Assembly: GCA_964474885.1 (NCBI GenBank)
Contig: CAYYWO010000007.1
Coordinates: forward strand, 1-50,736
DNA from: Candidatus Hadarchaeota archaeon
GTDB lineage: Archaea; Hadarchaeota; Hadarchaeia; Hadarchaeales; JAWBSP01
Direction of reading: 5' to 3'
DNA length: 50,736 nucleotides
The notes under the pieces are model-generated. The model was not told where the DNA came from. It was given only the letters and a program-made list of their open reading frames with translations, and ran no database searches. Below, piece by piece: positions 29,029 to 38,174 of this stretch; the stretch's first letter is position 1; the number at the start of each line of letters is the position of its first letter. Both the position numbers and the translations under genes were made by a program.

Positions 29029-30454
29029 GGTGCAACCTCAGCAGCTCTCCTGTTTTTAGGTTTAGAACCGGGACGATGCCGGGGGTTGGCTCTATGCCGC
29101 GCTTTCTCATGTAGGAAGTCTTGCCTTGGAAAGGCCCAGAACAGAGCAGCCAGACCCCCTTGTATCGCTCCATCCCAGCGACATGTAGATGTCCGCAGTG
29201 GAAGACATCAGGTATTTCTTCGATGACCATGTAGTCCTCGGTGTAGGGGGCAACCGCGGTTTTGCCTCCATAGACAGGAGCTAGGTGGCGTTTCTTGAGC
29301 AGGAGCTTCATGAGCTCACAGGGGTTTTGAACGTTAACTTCCGATGAAAGGTCATCGAAGCTACGTCCATGGTACATCAGGATCCTAACCCCCTCGATTT
29401 CTAGAAGGGAAGGATTTCCCACAAGCACGCACCCCATGTCGTGGAGGGGCTTTGCAATTTCTTCCGGGATCGGCGGCTGGGGTTCCGCCATTCTGACAGC
29501 GTCGTGATTGCCTGGAGAGATTACAACCGTGATGTGCTCGGGGAGCTCAGAAAGAAGTTCGGCGGCTCTTTCGTACTGCTTGAACACATCAGCGATCTCG
29601 AGCTCTTTTTCCTGCTTCGGGTAAATGCCAACGCCATCGCAGATGTCACCAGCTATGAGCAAGTAGCTGACCTTTGGGGGAATATGCTTGTATTTTTCTT
29701 GGGTTTCGGTACCTTTGAGCCACTTCACGAACCTCTCAAAAACATGCTCTAGGAACATCTTGCTGCCTACATGCAGGTCCGAAATAAAGGCAACGTACAC
29801 CTCCTCCTCCGCCCGGTGTGGCGTTATTTTGGGAAATTCCGGCCAGAGGATCTTCTTGGTGATGAAAGAGATGTTTCCAACCTGTCGTTTGATGCCAACC
29901 AAGCCTATTACCTCGTCAGTCACAACCTCATGCACCTGTTCGTAGGACTCCCCCTTGTCTCTCAACACCCAAAATCTCTCTCGTCTCTCCAGATCCTCCA
30001 GCTCCAGGATGTAGTGCCCTTTCGGTGTAACTCTTTTTTCCGCGACCATTCCGATGATCCTGAACTCTTGCCCCTCTTCCAGGTACTTTAAACTCGAAAA
30101 TGGTATAGCCTGCGATGCCTCAGGCCTCATCCTTAAGAGGGACTTTGTTTTTTCGTAGCGACTTCGAAAGAGCTGCTGGAAGTCCTCCACCTCTCCTCCA
30201 CAGCTGGGATAGTCTTTCCCCTTCAAGATTACCATCTTGGGGGCTTTGATCTCCCTCTCCGGCTTCATTTTCGGGGGCCTCGCCGTCTCGAGTACTTGGG
30301 CTACCATTTCGCGTGTTATGACAGTTGCACCTTTGAGTTGCGTGAAGATCTTTTGGATATCTTCATCGGGTAACGTCTCCAGCAATTGAATGGCATCAGG
30401 GGTCAGAAAAGAACCAAGGTTCATCGCCTTTTCCACGAGCAGCTCGGCCTTCAT
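29021..30454 (-). CDS. polB: DNA polymerase D small subunit DP1 (proofreading exonuclease)
   Basis: OB fold plus SDLHVGS, AGD..DG.G.Y..Q, PGNHD, HGRS.DD, RHLAP and GHLH. Confidence 0.96.
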   Translation of the reverse strand: MKAELLVEKAMNLGSFLTPDAIQLLETLPDEDIQKIFTQLKGATVITREMVAQVLETARPPKMKPEREIKAPKMVILKGKDYPSCGGEVEDFQQLFRSRYEKTKSLLRMRPEASQAIPFSSLKYLEEGQEFRIIGMVAEKRVTPKGHYILELEDLERRERFWVLRDKGESYEQVHEVVTDEVIGLVGIKRQVGNISFITKKILWPEFPKITPHRAEEEVYVAFISDLHVGSKMFLEHVFERFVKWLKGTETQEKYKHIPPKVSYLLIAGDICDGVGIYPKQEKELEIADVFKQYERAAELLSELPEHITVVISPGNHDAVRMAEPQPPIPEEIAKPLHDMGCVLVGNPSLLEIEGVRILMYHGRSFDDLSSEVNVQNPCELMKLLLKKRHLAPVYGGKTAVAPYTEDYMVIEEIPDVFHCGHLHVAGMERYKGVWLLCSGPFQGKTSYMRKRGIEPTPGIVPVLNLKTGELLRLHLA

Positions 30455-31707
30455 GAGAAAAAGCTGCAGAGTTTGGAGTCAGGCTGCGGGAACTCTAACT
30501 TTCCAAGCTCCGGTAAGAGTGCTTTCTTTATGCCGGGGAACAGGAGGTCTCTTACCATCGTGCTCCTCCCCCCGCGCCCCCTGCTCACAACTTCAGTCGA
30601 AATGATCCCAAGCATGTCTAGTTCGTCCAAGTAGTTCTTCAGGGATCGGTGCCCAACGGGTGTTATCCCGTTTTTCTCGCACAGCCTCTGGTAATACTTG
30701 TAAATTTCGCCGAACGTCAGCCGACAACCGTTTTGCTTTAAGACAACCAGACAGAGGAGGACTATTTTTTGCTGAAGAGGCAAGGTAGCCAGGATCTCCT
30801 TCACGGCATTCTTCTGCAACCGCTTGTTGCCCTCCTGTACGTGTTCGACTTTCACGAGCACCTCGTTCCTTTCCTCGGCTATTTCCCCCGCGGTTCTCAG
30901 CAAATCTAGAGCCCTCCTCGCATCCCCGTGTTCCTGTGCCGCCAAGGCGGCGCAGAGCTTGATAGCTTCCTCGGTTACGACTCCCGGCTTGAAACTCAGC
31001 TTCACCCTCTCCTTCAGTATGTCCTGCAGCTGCTGGGCGTTATATGGCGGGAAGACGACCTGCGCCTCTCCCAGGCTGCTCTTAACCCTCGGATCCAGGA
31101 AATCGAGGAAGGTTGCATTGTTCGAGATTCCGACGACGCTGACCTTGGATTGAACCAGCTCCGCATTGAGTCGTGAAAGTTTGTATAGTAGGTTGTCCCC
31201 CTTGTCTGTTAACTTGTCGATTTCATCTAGGGCTATAATGACGAACTTTTGTTCCAGATCCACCACCTTCTTGAAGATGTCAAACAGGAGGTCTACTGGC
31301 CATCCGGTATGAGGGATCCGGCTCGGTAAGTTGTGTTTAGAAAATTCGTAGGAGCCCTTTCTGTTTCGGAACTCTTCGAGCAGGGAAGTTGTAACTCGGC
31401 TCAGCACCCTGTACTCAGTGTTCACATGCTGGCAGTTCACATAGACACCAACGACCGGGATGTGGTTGCGTTCTCTCTGCAACTCTCTCAATAAATAAAG
31501 CGTCACAGCCGTCTTTCCTGTCCCGGGCTTTCCGTAAATGAGGACATTTGAGGGAGTTTCTCCTCTAAGCGGAGCGACCAGAATCCTAGCGAGTTGCTCT
31601 ATCTGTTCTTCTCGGTGCAGGAGCTTGTCTGGGGTGTAAGAAGGGCGCAAGTAGTCCTTGTTTTGGAATATTCTCTGGTCCCGCAAGAATTTCTCAAAAA
31701 GCGCCAT
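30451..31707 (-). CDS. cdc6: Orc1/Cdc6 replication initiator
   Basis: Y.P..L.HRE.QI, GKPGTGKT, LDEIDKL, LDPRVKSSL, GDARRALDLL and C-terminal winged helix. Confidence 0.96.
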   Translation of the reverse strand: MALFEKFLRDQRIFQNKDYLRPSYTPDKLLHREEQIEQLARILVAPLRGETPSNVLIYGKPGTGKTAVTLYLLRELQRERNHIPVVGVYVNCQHVNTEYRVLSRVTTSLLEEFRNRKGSYEFSKHNLPSRIPHTGWPVDLLFDIFKKVVDLEQKFVIIALDEIDKLTDKGDNLLYKLSRLNAELVQSKVSVVGISNNATFLDFLDPRVKSSLGEAQVVFPPYNAQQLQDILKERVKLSFKPGVVTEEAIKLCAALAAQEHGDARRALDLLRTAGEIAEERNEVLVKVEHVQEGNKRLQKNAVKEILATLPLQQKIVLLCLVVLKQNGCRLTFGEIYKYYQRLCEKNGITPVGHRSLKNYLDELDMLGIISTEVVSRGRGGRSTMVRDLLFPGIKKALLPELGKLEFPQPDSKLCSFFS

Positions 31708-32122
31708 GGGAAATCCTCCTCCTGATTTCTTCCAACCAATTTCTCAGAACCCTCCTCACCTGGTAGAAGAGGTGTAATTCATCGGGTGTCATGTTGTCCG
31801 TCGTTTCAGGACTCCGCAGGACTTTGAATGCTCTCGTTTCGAAAAGCCCCAAGGCTTCATTTAAGAGTTTCCCTCTTTCCTCTCGGCTCAGACCAAGCAT
31901 CGATAGCCTCAAAGTGGGTATGAGATCCTCCCGGAGACGGAGAAGCTCCGCGCTTTTTTCCTCTTTGATGAGCAACCCCCTCACATCTGCGAGAGTGAGA
32001 GGCTCTGCTAGCCTAGCCTTCCCCTGCGCTATCAGCACGGCAGCCTCCCACTCGTCCACCTCTCTTTCCTCCTCCGCGGCCAGGACTTCGCCCTCCGCCT
32101 GTACGAGAATCCGGACTTTCAT
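31694..32122 (-). CDS. GINS subunit (Gins23/Psf2-like)
   Basis: N-terminal beta B-domain with W.A..L...G, helical A-domain and NMTPDE..F; sits between mcm and cdc6. Confidence 0.7.
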   Translation of the reverse strand: MKVRILVQAEGEVLAAEEEREVDEWEAAVLIAQGKARLAEPLTLADVRGLLIKEEKSAELLRLREDLIPTLRLSMLGLSREERGKLLNEALGLFETRAFKVLRSPETTDNMTPDELHLFYQVRRVLRNWLEEIRRRISHGAF

Positions 32123-34143
32123 GCTCTCACCAGCTTGTACTTTGGCATGACACCCTCTTTCCCGAACTCAAAAAGGAACCCGTGGTTCTTATCTTCTTCT
32201 ATCATCTTCTCAATCGATACCTTATCCAAGCCGATCTCCTGGGCTCTTGTCACGATTTCGTCGTGGGGGATCCCTTCCGGAAACTCCTTGTCCAATTTCT
32301 GAAGCAATTGGCGGAACCTGCTGATTCTATCCCTCTCTGGCTTAGTCTTCTGCGTGTATATCAAATCTATGTCGAACCTCCCGCTTTCCAAGTCGTACCC
32401 TATTTCTTGCAGGGTGAGCTTCAGAAGTTGTATTGCTCTGTTAACATCCTCTATCTGTACCTCCTCCGAGAGTCTGGCTCTGGCATTGGCTTTGGCCAGT
32501 CGTATGATGGTCTCGAGTTGTCGCGGAGTGACAGGAACGGGATTCCCAGGTTCGGCGTGCTTTCTCCACTCCACGTAAAACCGTGTTATTTCGTTGACAA
32601 CTTCCTTCGATTTGATCTGGGGGTGGATGTACTTTTTGGCATAGACGATTATCTTCCGCAACATGTCAGCTGGGATGGGTGCTCTCACCGGCTTTCCATG
32701 TTTCCCGTGGAGGGAGACCATGTGTTCCGAGATTTTTTGATCCTGCTGCGGATCCGGGGTGTCCTTAACCGCGAAGATCAGATCAAAGCGACTTATGAGC
32801 ACAGGGGAGATGTCTATCTGCTGGACTAGAGGGATGCTGGTGTCTATCCTTCCCGTTTTTGGATTCGCCGCAGCACACACAGATGTCCGCGTGTTCAGCG
32901 TGGCAACTATGCCACCTTTTGAGACGCTTATAGTCTGCTGCTCTAAGGACTCTAGGATGGCGTTTGCCTCTGTCTTATCCATTTTTTCGAACTCGTCTAT
33001 GCATGCTATCCCCCCATCAGCTAGGACAAGGGCACCAGCTTCAAGGGCCCAGGTTCCTGTAACCTCATTTTTTACAGCTGTGGCGGTCAGGCCAGCAGCG
33101 GTCGACTTCACCCCTGAAGTGTAGAGGCCCCTGGGGGCAACCTGTGCCACCCACCTGAGGAGAGCGGACTTCGCTTTCCCTGGATCACCGACCAGCAGTA
33201 TGTGGATGTCCCCCCTCACTTTGTGTCCGTCTTTCGTGACAACAGGGTCTGAGCCGAACAGCTGGAGGAGTATTCCCTCCTTGATGTGCTCGCACCCAAA
33301 GATTGCCGGTGCGATGGATTTTATCAGTTTCTCCCTCAGGTTGGGGTCCTTTGCCAGCTTCTTTATTTGCTGGATCTCGTGCTGGGTGAGCTCAATTTCT
33401 TCTACTCCCTTCTCGATTACCTCTAGGTGGTTGATGAAGAAGATCTTTCTGAAGGTTCTCGGGAATTTTTTCCCTCTTCCTTCAGGTATGGGCTTCATGT
33501 ACCCCGTCACGCGGACACGATTGCCGGGGACGGCCCTCTCAACCAAGTCATCTCTTACGATGCAGTCCAGCCTTCTGGGCATCCTGCCACTTCTCAGGTC
33601 CTCCGGTTTCTCTTGAATGACTAAAGCCTGCCAGTCCCTGAATTTCGATTTCTCCTCAACCAATTCGAATTCACGTGCTGTGCGTTTGCTGCATTCCGGA
33701 TTTAGGCACATGAGCGGCTTCTCGATGAACTCGCCTGTCTGCTCAACCTCTTGGAGCTCCCCGCACCACTTGCATCTGTAAACAGCAACGCAGATTTCAG
33801 GCCTGACGGGACTGGCTTGGGCTATTATCCCCTCGATTTGTATGAATTTTCCCAAGTGGGACTCTCTCAAATCCCTGATCGAAACGGTATTCTCATCCCC
33901 CAAGTTGCTTATTCTGAGTCTCATGGTGGATCCTACCAGAGAAGTCAGCTCTTCGTCAGCAGCTCTTAGGAACTCCTCCGGCTTGTCCAGCAGGAACTTG
34001 GCGAGCTCGATGTCGTACTCGAGCAGTTGCCGGAATTCGAGGGTGATGGAGCTCGATCCTTTATTGGCTGCGGTCTTTGCTAGCTTGCGTACGCTTGATT
34101 GGTGCAGGAAATCCGTCAGGAGCTCCCTCAGCCTCTCTTCCAT
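32119..34143 (-). CDS. mcm: MCM replicative helicase (no intein)
   Basis: Zn finger CKWCG...C..P.C, RGDIHILLVGDPGKAKS, AGLTA, IDEFEKM, AANP and SRFD arginine finger. Confidence 0.97.
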   Translation of the reverse strand: MEERLRELLTDFLHQSSVRKLAKTAANKGSSSITLEFRQLLEYDIELAKFLLDKPEEFLRAADEELTSLVGSTMRLRISNLGDENTVSIRDLRESHLGKFIQIEGIIAQASPVRPEICVAVYRCKWCGELQEVEQTGEFIEKPLMCLNPECSKRTAREFELVEEKSKFRDWQALVIQEKPEDLRSGRMPRRLDCIVRDDLVERAVPGNRVRVTGYMKPIPEGRGKKFPRTFRKIFFINHLEVIEKGVEEIELTQHEIQQIKKLAKDPNLREKLIKSIAPAIFGCEHIKEGILLQLFGSDPVVTKDGHKVRGDIHILLVGDPGKAKSALLRWVAQVAPRGLYTSGVKSTAAGLTATAVKNEVTGTWALEAGALVLADGGIACIDEFEKMDKTEANAILESLEQQTISVSKGGIVATLNTRTSVCAAANPKTGRIDTSIPLVQQIDISPVLISRFDLIFAVKDTPDPQQDQKISEHMVSLHGKHGKPVRAPIPADMLRKIIVYAKKYIHPQIKSKEVVNEITRFYVEWRKHAEPGNPVPVTPRQLETIIRLAKANARARLSEEVQIEDVNRAIQLLKLTLQEIGYDLESGRFDIDLIYTQKTKPERDRISRFRQLLQKLDKEFPEGIPHDEIVTRAQEIGLDKVSIEKMIEEDKNHGFLFEFGKEGVMPKYKLVRA

Positions 34144-34351
34144 AGTCCCCCCTCAGTGGGTGGGCACGGCGAGGAAAATGTGTTTCGAGAAAACAATTTG
34201 AAGCCACTTTTTAATCCACGAAAAAATCTTCCACTGACTAAAAACTGAAGTGTAAAAAATTGCCACTCCTTCTTTTTAACCCCCATTTTTAACCCCCTTA
34301 ATTCTTCTCCTCTTTTAGAATGTGGATAGAGAGAGTTCGCTAGAAGTAAAA
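34144..34351. promoter_or_regulatory. AT-rich intergenic region upstream of the mcm-gins-cdc6-polD operon; promoter and candidate replication origin
   Basis: Non-coding with poly-A/T tracts; tandem 12-mer TTTTTAACCCCC at 34273-34284 and 34286-34297; TTCCACTGA near 34229. Confidence 0.35.
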
Positions 34352-35635
34352 CTAGCAGAAGAGGGAGAAGACGTCTGCCTCCTCGTCGAAGCAGTAGTGG
34401 AGGGTCTGGAAGTCCTTCCTGAACCGTGCAACCTCTCGGGCAACCTCCTCCGGTCTCTCACCTTTTACAAGAACCCTAGATATGAACTCCGCAATTCTCT
34501 CCATCTCAGGTTCTTTCATCCCAAGCCTAGTGACTTCAGCGGTACCGATCCTTACCCCTCCCGGATTCCTGAAGTGCCTACCATCCCTTATATCCCAAGG
34601 GAGGAGGTTCCTGTTCAGTATTATGTTGGCCTTTTCAAGCAGGGCCTCGACCCTCCCTCCATCGCCAAATCTGGTCACTTGCACCAGGAGCTGGTGGGAC
34701 TCTGTGAAGCCCAGCTCTGCGCACAGCACATCGAGTCCGTGTTCTTTCAAGGCTTTCCCTAGTGCCTTGGCATTCTTTATTATCTGGCTCGCGTAGGCCT
34801 CCCCGAATTCCAGCATCTCAGCTAGGGCTACAGCAAGCCCCGCTACTGCATGTAGATGATGATTGCTGACGACCCCGGGGAAGACAGCTCTGTCGATCTT
34901 TGGCCCCAGCTCCTCCGTGCACAAGATCATACCGTGCTGTGGCCCGGGCAGGGTTTTGTGGGTGCTGCACGTGATCACCTCTGCCCCCTCCCTCAGCGGA
35001 TCCTGGAACTTTTTTCCCGCGATCAGGCCGATCACGTGGGCAGCATCGTAAGCCACCCTCGCACCCACTTCTCTCGCGGCCTTGCTCAGCTCTCTGACTG
35101 GGTGCGGGAAGAGCATCACGCTCCCCCCGAACAGGACGAGCTTTGGTTTGGTGTCGGCTATCTCTTGGGCGGCCTTCTCGACGTCTATGTTCATGTGCTT
35201 TTCGTCGAACGGCCAGTACCTTACCTCCAGTCCGTGCACAGCTCCAGCGGTTCCTCCCAGCTCCCCTTTTCCCATGCTTATGTGCCCTCCGCAGGGTATG
35301 GCTAGGCACATCATCCTGTCCCCTGGGCTGGTCAGGGCCGTGTACATGGCTAGGTTTGCAGTAACGCCGGAGACGGGCTGAACATTCACATGTGGGGCAT
35401 CAAAGAGCTTCTTGGCCAGCTCGATCGCCAAAAGCTCGACTTCGTCTATGAATTTACAGCCAGCATACACCCTTTCCCCAGGTAGTCCCTCTGCATACCT
35501 GTGCTGAAAATCGGACTGGAGAGCTTGCCTGACGGCCGGGCTCGTGAGGTTCTCACTCGCAATGAGAGGTATGACCTCTCTGAACCAGCTGTGGTGCTCC
35601 TTGAGCAGTTGGAATACTTTTTCTTTTCCCCTCAT
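34352..35635 (-). CDS. glyA: Serine hydroxymethyltransferase (archaeal type)
   Basis: LIASEN, RYAEG, NVQP.SG..AN, YDAAH and STHKTLPGPQ PLP-lysine motif. Confidence 0.96.
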   Translation of the reverse strand: MRGKEKVFQLLKEHHSWFREVIPLIASENLTSPAVRQALQSDFQHRYAEGLPGERVYAGCKFIDEVELLAIELAKKLFDAPHVNVQPVSGVTANLAMYTALTSPGDRMMCLAIPCGGHISMGKGELGGTAGAVHGLEVRYWPFDEKHMNIDVEKAAQEIADTKPKLVLFGGSVMLFPHPVRELSKAAREVGARVAYDAAHVIGLIAGKKFQDPLREGAEVITCSTHKTLPGPQHGMILCTEELGPKIDRAVFPGVVSNHHLHAVAGLAVALAEMLEFGEAYASQIIKNAKALGKALKEHGLDVLCAELGFTESHQLLVQVTRFGDGGRVEALLEKANIILNRNLLPWDIRDGRHFRNPGGVRIGTAEVTRLGMKEPEMERIAEFISRVLVKGERPEEVAREVARFRKDFQTLHYCFDEEADVFSLFC

Positions 35636-36852
35636 TTGATGACCCTCAACAGCTCTTCGTAGTCCACATTTATCTCCCTTATCTCCCCAGTCACCTTGAC
35701 GACTTCTTCAGGGTCCTTCATCACGCTTCCCGTTGCGATACAGACTACGATTTCATCTCTCCCGATCGCCCCGAGGTCCAGCATTTTCTTGAGGCCTGCA
35801 ATGGTGGATGCGCTTGCTGGCTCGACCCCGATGCCCTCGGTCCTCGCTAGGAGCTTCTGAGCTTCCACTATCTCCTCGTCGGTGACGCTCTCGGCAGTCC
35901 CTCCAGACTTCCTGATGGCCCTGATAGCCTTGGGACCGTTGACGGGGTTGCCTATCCGGATAGCGGTGGCGATGGTTTCCGGGTTTGGTACCGGGATGAA
36001 GGTGTCTAGTCCCTTTTTAATAGCTTCCACGATGGGCTTGGCCCCCTCGGCTTGGATGCCGATCATCTGTGGTGTGCGGTCGAGGAGCCCAGTTTTCTGG
36101 AACTCCATGAACCCCTTGTAAATTGCCCAGATGTTGGCACAGTTCCCCATGGGGACAATTATCTTATCTGGGACCTCGTACCCGAGCTGCTCCGCCACCT
36201 CAAAGCCAATAGTTTTCTGTCCCTGGGGCCTGAAGGGATTCACCGAGTTCAGCAAGTAAACATTAGAGTTTTCCCTGCACAGCTTTGTCACTAGGGAGAG
36301 GGCCTGATCGAAGTTCCCCCTTATCCCGATCACCTCTGCCCCGTGGATCATCGCTTGGGCGAGCTTACCCAAGGCTACTTTCCCCTTGGGCAAGAGGACA
36401 AGGCACCTGAGGCCTGCCTTTGCGGCGTAAGCGGCTAGGGAGGCGGAGGTGTTCCCAGTCGAGGCGCAGGCCACCACCTTAACACCGTACTCGATGGCCT
36501 TGGTGACCCCTACCGTCATGCCCCTATCCTTGAAGGAACCCGTCGGATTGGCACCCTCGTACTTGACGTACAGCTCCCTGACCCCCAGCTCGGACGCCAG
36601 CCTTTCGCACCTGTACAAGGGGGTCCCGCCTTCCCCCAGTGTCACGGCCTTCGCCGGATCCCGGACGGGGAGGAAGCAGCTGTACCTCCAGACGGACAGG
36701 GGCCCTTTGAGGTTTTTCGCGAGTTCCTTTACCTTCTCCAGATCCAGCTCCACCTCCAGCAACCCGCCGCACCTGGGGCAGGTGTATAGTCTTTCGGAGG
36801 GATCGAATTTTGCCCCGCATTCGAAACACTGGTACCAGAACTCAGCCATCAT
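35632..36852 (-). CDS. thrC: Threonine synthase (with N-terminal Zn ribbon)
   Basis: CFECG...CPRCGG, NPTGSFKDRG, CASTGNTSAS, GKLAQA and EPASA. Start set to the ATG at 36852. Confidence 0.93.
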   Translation of the reverse strand: MMAEFWYQCFECGAKFDPSERLYTCPRCGGLLEVELDLEKVKELAKNLKGPLSVWRYSCFLPVRDPAKAVTLGEGGTPLYRCERLASELGVRELYVKYEGANPTGSFKDRGMTVGVTKAIEYGVKVVACASTGNTSASLAAYAAKAGLRCLVLLPKGKVALGKLAQAMIHGAEVIGIRGNFDQALSLVTKLCRENSNVYLLNSVNPFRPQGQKTIGFEVAEQLGYEVPDKIIVPMGNCANIWAIYKGFMEFQKTGLLDRTPQMIGIQAEGAKPIVEAIKKGLDTFIPVPNPETIATAIRIGNPVNGPKAIRAIRKSGGTAESVTDEEIVEAQKLLARTEGIGVEPASASTIAGLKKMLDLGAIGRDEIVVCIATGSVMKDPEEVVKVTGEIREINVDYEELLRVIK

Positions 36853-37007
36853 TCTGTCCGGGGGAGGAATAAAGACCACCGGTCGACCTGCAAATTCTTG
36901 CGGGCGCCAGCACTCAGCGAGAACTGGTATAGCGGGAAGGTGATGCCCAGCTATTCCGGATGGGTTGAGGAGAGATCGTGGGGGGTGAGTTTTACGATTT
37001 CGTGAAA

Positions 37008-37580
37008 TCAGCTCACACGAAAGAGCCTCCTCAGTACAGGAGCCAGTTCTCGGGCAAATCTGAAGATGTAATTGGGGTGAGGAAGAAAGAAGATCTCTGT
37101 CCTCTTCGCTTCAAGCTTCGTCGGGTACCTAACAGATCTTGGTTGTTCGAGATTGAATATCTCGCAGATCGAGGCCGAGGCCATTCTGCCCATGGCGACT
37201 ATTCTCTTGGGCTGGAGAAGCGAGATCTCCGCTCTCAGGTGCTTGACGCACTTTTTTCTCATTTCTTTTAGGGAATCTCTGTTTGGGGGCCTGCACTTGA
37301 CGGCTGCGGTGATGAAAACGCCCTGCTTCCTAAGAGCCTCCAAAACTCGCTTGTCTCCCTTTATGCCCAAAATGAACTTGAGCGACAGCCGTAGCCGGTC
37401 GAAGGTGTCCAGGTTGTATAGCGAGCCTGCTTTTCGACCCGGAGGGGGAGATTCCCCGATCGCTAAGGTATGGGTTTTTTCCGGAAGCCAAGCATACACC
37501 CGATGGCTTATGAAGGGCTTGTCCACGAAGCGGCAGAGATGGCAAGTGGCAATTCTGCGCCTTAATGTATTCATTATCAT
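37008..37580 (-). CDS. Uracil-DNA glycosylase superfamily protein (Fe-S type)
   Basis: CHLC, IGESPP, AVKCRPP...C and PHP. Start moved to 37580 because the longer ORF runs through tRNA-Thr. Confidence 0.78.
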   Translation of the reverse strand: MIMNTLRRRIATCHLCRFVDKPFISHRVYAWLPEKTHTLAIGESPPPGRKAGSLYNLDTFDRLRLSLKFILGIKGDKRVLEALRKQGVFITAAVKCRPPNRDSLKEMRKKCVKHLRAEISLLQPKRIVAMGRMASASICEIFNLEQPRSVRYPTKLEAKRTEIFFLPHPNYIFRFARELAPVLRRLFRVS

Positions 37581-37597
37581 TTTCCGCAAGAATGGAT

Positions 37598-37672
37598 GCC
37601 CCGGTAGCTCAGCCTGGTTAGAGCGCACGCTTGGTAAGCGTGAGGTCGCGGGTTCAACTCCCGCCCGGGGCT
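37598..37672 (+). tRNA. tRNA-Thr(GGU)
   Basis: GCCCCGG/CCGGGGC acceptor, CACGC-TTGGTAA-GCGTG anticodon arm, GCGGG-TTCAACT-CCCGC T arm. Confidence 0.96.
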
Positions 37673-37679
37673 TCAAGAC

Positions 37680-37919
37680 CTATTCCTCGGCTTCGGATAA
37701 GGCGATCAGAGTCTCCGTGTGCAAGACTCCAGGCATCTGTTCTAGAGTCTCGTAGATGTTTTTCTTTAGTTCCTCCTGATCCTTCCCCTCTATCACGAGG
37801 ACAGCATCATATCTGCCAAAAACGGAATTTGCCAGCTTCACGCCTTTTACTCTTCTGGCCCTAACGATTTCCTCGGAGGTACCGGGCTTGGCTCTGACTA
37901 AGACGAACGCCCGTATCAT
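37680..37919 (-). CDS. Stand-alone Lrp/AsnC ligand-binding (RAM) domain protein
   Basis: RAFVLV...PG, V.GRYD.V..IE, GV..TETLI; no HTH. Confidence 0.88.
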   Translation of the reverse strand: MIRAFVLVRAKPGTSEEIVRARRVKGVKLANSVFGRYDAVLVIEGKDQEELKKNIYETLEQMPGVLHTETLIALSEAEE

Positions 37920-38150
37920 CTAAAGGGTGATGGCAGTTTCAGTGTGAATCACGTGGGGTATCTTCGGGATGACCCTGTACACCGTTTCTTGGATGGACTT
38001 CAGGCTGCCCGCCTCGATCACAGCGATCACGTCGAACCTGCCCCAGACGGAATCTGCGCAGACTATCCCCGGGATCTTTTTTATCTCCTTCACAACTTCT
38101 TCTGAGGTCCCGGGCTTGGTCGTGATTAAAATGTACGCTTTCATCGGCAT
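37920..38150 (-). CDS. Stand-alone Lrp/AsnC ligand-binding (RAM) domain protein, paralog of the neighbour
   Basis: KAYILI...PGTSEEVV, VWGRFDVIAVIE, HTET; shares KPGTSEE and HTET with the neighbour. Confidence 0.88.
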   Translation of the reverse strand: MPMKAYILITTKPGTSEEVVKEIKKIPGIVCADSVWGRFDVIAVIEAGSLKSIQETVYRVIPKIPHVIHTETAITL

Positions 38151-38174
38151 TCAAAAGTTCGATTATTAATATGT

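Noticed and set aside
24839-34143. Inteins in DP2, Cdc6 or MCM; acidic repeat in DP2 (about 27335-27410)
   Set aside because: Protein lengths are normal and no splice-junction or LAGLIDADG motifs were seen; the Glu-rich run is a low-complexity interdomain linker.
37581-37676. N-terminal extension of the UDG-like ORF
   Set aside because: It is the antisense reading of tRNA-Thr.
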